64,000 nucleotides of DNA. It comes from Candidatus Eiseniibacteriota bacterium (GTDB taxonomy: Bacteria; Eisenbacteria; RBG-16-71-46; CAIMUX01; VGJL01). The stretch's first letter is position 1, and the number at the start of each line of letters is the position of its first letter. The notes under the pieces were generated by a model. It had not been told where the DNA came from. It saw only the letters and a list, made by a program, of their open reading frames with translations, and did not search any database. The stretch covers positions 288,001 to 352,000 of the forward strand of contig CAWBWI010000002.1 of NCBI GenBank assembly GCA_963792585.1, read 5' to 3'. The translations under genes and the position numbers were made by a program. This document shows positions 61,449 to 64,000 of this stretch, one piece after another.

Positions 61449-64000
61449 ATGACCACTGAAGAAGCCTGCCGCGCCATCGAATCCGAGTTCTCCGTCGCGC
61501 TCGGGAATCCGGATCGCGTTGCCGTGGCTTGTGGAATCCTGCGGGAGGGGCTCCGTGGCGGGCTGGAGCCCGAGTCCCTCGTCCGCCTGACCCCTTTGCT
61601 CGAAAGGCGCTCCGGCGCGATCCTTCGACCACTCTTCGAGCTCTTCGAGGATGCGGTCCGAAGGGCATCGGATCCAGACCCGATCCTGATCGGCATGCTG
61701 GGAGTGAGGGACGGGGACCTGAGCCGCAGAGTCCTCGATCGGACCCTCGAGCTGGGGGAAACGGGTCGTGCCGAAGTCGGGGAGGACTTCGCCTCCAGGC
61801 TTGCCGAGACGGTCGAGAGGGAGGGAAGTCCCCTCGTCGACGCGAATTCCCTCGCGAAGATCGGTCGAATCCTGCGAATCGCCTCCTGGGTGGAGCCCCG
61901 GCCCGGCCTCGAGCCGTGTGTGGACCTGTACCTTCATGCCTCCACGCGCTCCGTGCGCCGACTTGCCGCGCGGCTACTCGACAACGAGGCTGCGCCGCCG
62001 CCGAAGCGGGTCGAGGCGATGCTCGGGCGCGAGGCGTACCGGTTCCTGGCCCCCTATCTGGCCTACGCGCAGGCAACCCATCTGGATCTCCTCGAACTCG
62101 CGGGAAACGGGCGTCTTTCCGATCATCTCCTTGAGGACTTGGCCTCTGCGGAGGTGATTCTCGGTGAGCGGCTCCTGCGTGAGGTGATCGTGGCGGCCGG
62201 CTGGGCCCGGCTGAATCTAGGCATCGAGGTGCGCGAACGGGTCGGGCTCAGCGTGGACGGCTCGTTCCCTTTGGCCCTCTCTCCTTCCGAAGCGAAGCTG
62301 ATCGAGTCTTGCGCGGGGGTTCGGCGGACCTGGCGGCGTTTCCTCGTCCTCGTCCATGGAGGTGGTGTCGGGGGAGAGACGCCCGGCGTTTCTGCGGACA
62401 GTCCCGTGCGCCGCTTTCGGGCCTACAACCTGGCGCATGCCGAGGCCCTAGGCGAGATCCTGAGTGTGGAGCCCCTTTCCAAGGAACGGATCGAGCGAAT
62501 CGTCACCCTGTCGGATCGCCTCGTGGAGGACTTCGTTTCCCTCTTCTCCGGATTCGACGAGGAGGCGGCAGACCTGCCGAGTGCCTACGCGCCGATGCGC
62601 CGGGCCGTGCTCGAGTCGGTCGCCGCGTACTCAGGCGGCGCGCCTCCGTCCAAACTGACCCGGCTCGTGCAGATGTTCGAGGACCCGCGATCGCTTACCG
62701 AGGTCCACACCCTGCACGGTTTGAAGCGCTACCTTCACCAGAAGGGACTGAAGCTCGGCTTTCGTCTCGTCGAGACGGGGCGCGCGACGAATCGGACCGT
62801 CGATCTCCTGCTCGTCGGATCCGAGAAGATCCAATCGATCGTACGGAAGATCCAGTACGTCGACTTCGAGCCGGATGAGGACGATGGAAACGAGGGGGCG
62901 CGTGTTCCGTATCCAGTCCAGATCGTCGCAGAGGGAATGGGACGACACATTCTCCACGACGCCACCTCCTTTCCGGACGTGAAGATCTTCTGCTATGGCA
63001 ATGAGGTCCACTACTACGCCTCCTACGGCACCCACCCCGCGTTCCTTCGGATTGACTTCGCTCCACCGGTTCGGGGAGGGATGATCGACCTTGAGTACTA
63101 CGGCGTGAGCAAGAATGACCTCGATCACCATCCGGCTCCTCAGCTCGATGCGATCCGGCTCTTCTTCCGGGGAATGGAATTCGACTGCACGGTTGCCCGC
63201 ACCCGGATCCATGCGCGCTACGACAAGGAGCGGGCGGGCGACCTCGGCGATCTCTGCGCGAAAGCCGAAGGACTCTTCCGACTCCTTCCCCTTCTCATGG
63301 ATATCGATTGGGTCATCGGCTCCCTCCATCTCGATGAGGAGGCGCGGGGAAAGGTGGCGGCCTCGTGGTGCGACTTCTTCCTTCGCTGGGGGGTCCTTCC
63401 GATCGAGCAGTTCCTGACAGCGGATCGACTCGGAATTCTCACGGGAGTCGCGCCCGATCCCGCCGGCGGGAATCCAATTGCCTGGTCGGGACGGGGAGCC
63501 TATCAGGACCGATTCTCATCGACCGCGCCCGCGCGTCTGGCGCTCGAGATGGTGAACGCTCTCGGGCGACATGGACTCTCCGAGGTCGTGCCGTTCGTGG
63601 ACACCGCCCCGCGATCCTTCGGCCAACTGACGCTTGAGAGGGACGTCCTTCGCCCGCTCCGGGATGCGGTCGCCCGCGGAGAGCTGCTCGAGGGGCCGGG
63701 CGGGCTCGAACCCGCCACGGGACGTTTCCGGCGCGACCATGAGGCCGAGAGGTTCGCGGCGCTCCTGCAGGAAGGCGGAGAGGGAATCGTCCTGGCAGCG
63801 GAACTCGCGCGGCTCATCGGAAGTATCGAACGGTCGATTCGGTTTCGTGCGACGGGAAATGTGAACGGGTACGAGGTCGCACGGGCTTGCCTGGAGCTTC
63901 GCGGCGAGACGGCGGCCGCCTATGTGCTGCGCGACCGAAGCGGGATGGCGCGGCTGGCCATCTTTGCCCGAGAGGGGCGGCTGTTCTCGTCGCGCGCATC
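61449..64000 (+). CDS. large hypothetical protein (~850 aa visible), runs off the window end
   Basis: ATG 61449 (MTTEEACRAIESEF...). Absent from the ORF track, and no listed ORF shares its frame, consistent with no stop before the edge. Protein-like blocks TRLVQMFEDP, LHGLKRYLHQKG, YGNEVHYY, HARYDKERA. Confidence 0.7.
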   Translation, partial: MTTEEACRAIESEFSVALGNPDRVAVACGILREGLRGGLEPESLVRLTPLLERRSGAILRPLFELFEDAVRRASDPDPILIGMLGVRDGDLSRRVLDRTLELGETGRAEVGEDFASRLAETVEREGSPLVDANSLAKIGRILRIASWVEPRPGLEPCVDLYLHASTRSVRRLAARLLDNEAAPPPKRVEAMLGREAYRFLAPYLAYAQATHLDLLELAGNGRLSDHLLEDLASAEVILGERLLREVIVAAGWARLNLGIEVRERVGLSVDGSFPLALSPSEAKLIESCAGVRRTWRRFLVLVHGGGVGGETPGVSADSPVRRFRAYNLAHAEALGEILSVEPLSKERIERIVTLSDRLVEDFVSLFSGFDEEAADLPSAYAPMRRAVLESVAAYSGGAPPSKLTRLVQMFEDPRSLTEVHTLHGLKRYLHQKGLKLGFRLVETGRATNRTVDLLLVGSEKIQSIVRKIQYVDFEPDEDDGNEGARVPYPVQIVAEGMGRHILHDATSFPDVKIFCYGNEVHYYASYGTHPAFLRIDFAPPVRGGMIDLEYYGVSKNDLDHHPAPQLDAIRLFFRGMEFDCTVARTRIHARYDKERAGDLGDLCAKAEGLFRLLPLLMDIDWVIGSLHLDEEARGKVAASWCDFFLRWGVLPIEQFLTADRLGILTGVAPDPAGGNPIAWSGRGAYQDRFSSTAPARLALEMVNALGRHGLSEVVPFVDTAPRSFGQLTLERDVLRPLRDAVARGELLEGPGGLEPATGRFRRDHEAERFAALLQEGGEGIVLAAELARLIGSIERSIRFRATGNVNGYEVARACLELRGETAAAYVLRDRSGMARLAIFAREGRLFSSRA

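Overview
High-GC chromosomal window from a Gram-negative bacterium, probably an FCB-related candidate phylum such as Eisenbacteria, Latescibacterota or Krumholzibacteriota. This placement is an inference from a C-terminal TWGxI(K/R) motif seen on four exported proteins. No rRNA, tRNA or CRISPR array was seen. The left half (1-32.6 kb) is mostly housekeeping: miaB, iscS-iscA, three tandem paralogous lipoproteins, a classical menaquinone operon (menF-D-H-B-A-C-E plus a thioesterase), a PTPS-folE-SDR pterin cluster, rpoZ, degP, a Nudix-flavin reductase fusion and queE-queC. The right half holds a large respiratory/extracellular electron transfer region with two parts. (i) An operon behind a sigma-54-type promoter: two GcvH-like proteins lacking the lipoyl lysine, a 4Fe-4S protein, an NrfD/HybB membrane subunit, a heme-c sensor kinase, an NtrC-type activator and an archaemetzincin. 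(ii) An OmcS-type cytochrome nanowire locus: outer-membrane barrel, lipoprotein, PpiC chaperone and a ~42-heme cytochrome, convergent on an NHL beta-propeller and a hexaheme OmcS homolog. An intact IS1-family element (22-bp TIRs, 9-bp target duplication) sits between the two halves of that locus, inside a 22-bp repeat array. The window ends with glk, pirin, a fused 2-oxoacid dehydrogenase E1 alpha/beta and a long unknown ORF running off the end. At least nine genes carry single-base frameshifts, most likely assembly indel errors, so several calls join ORF fragments. All calls rest on motif recognition by eye; no database search was run.
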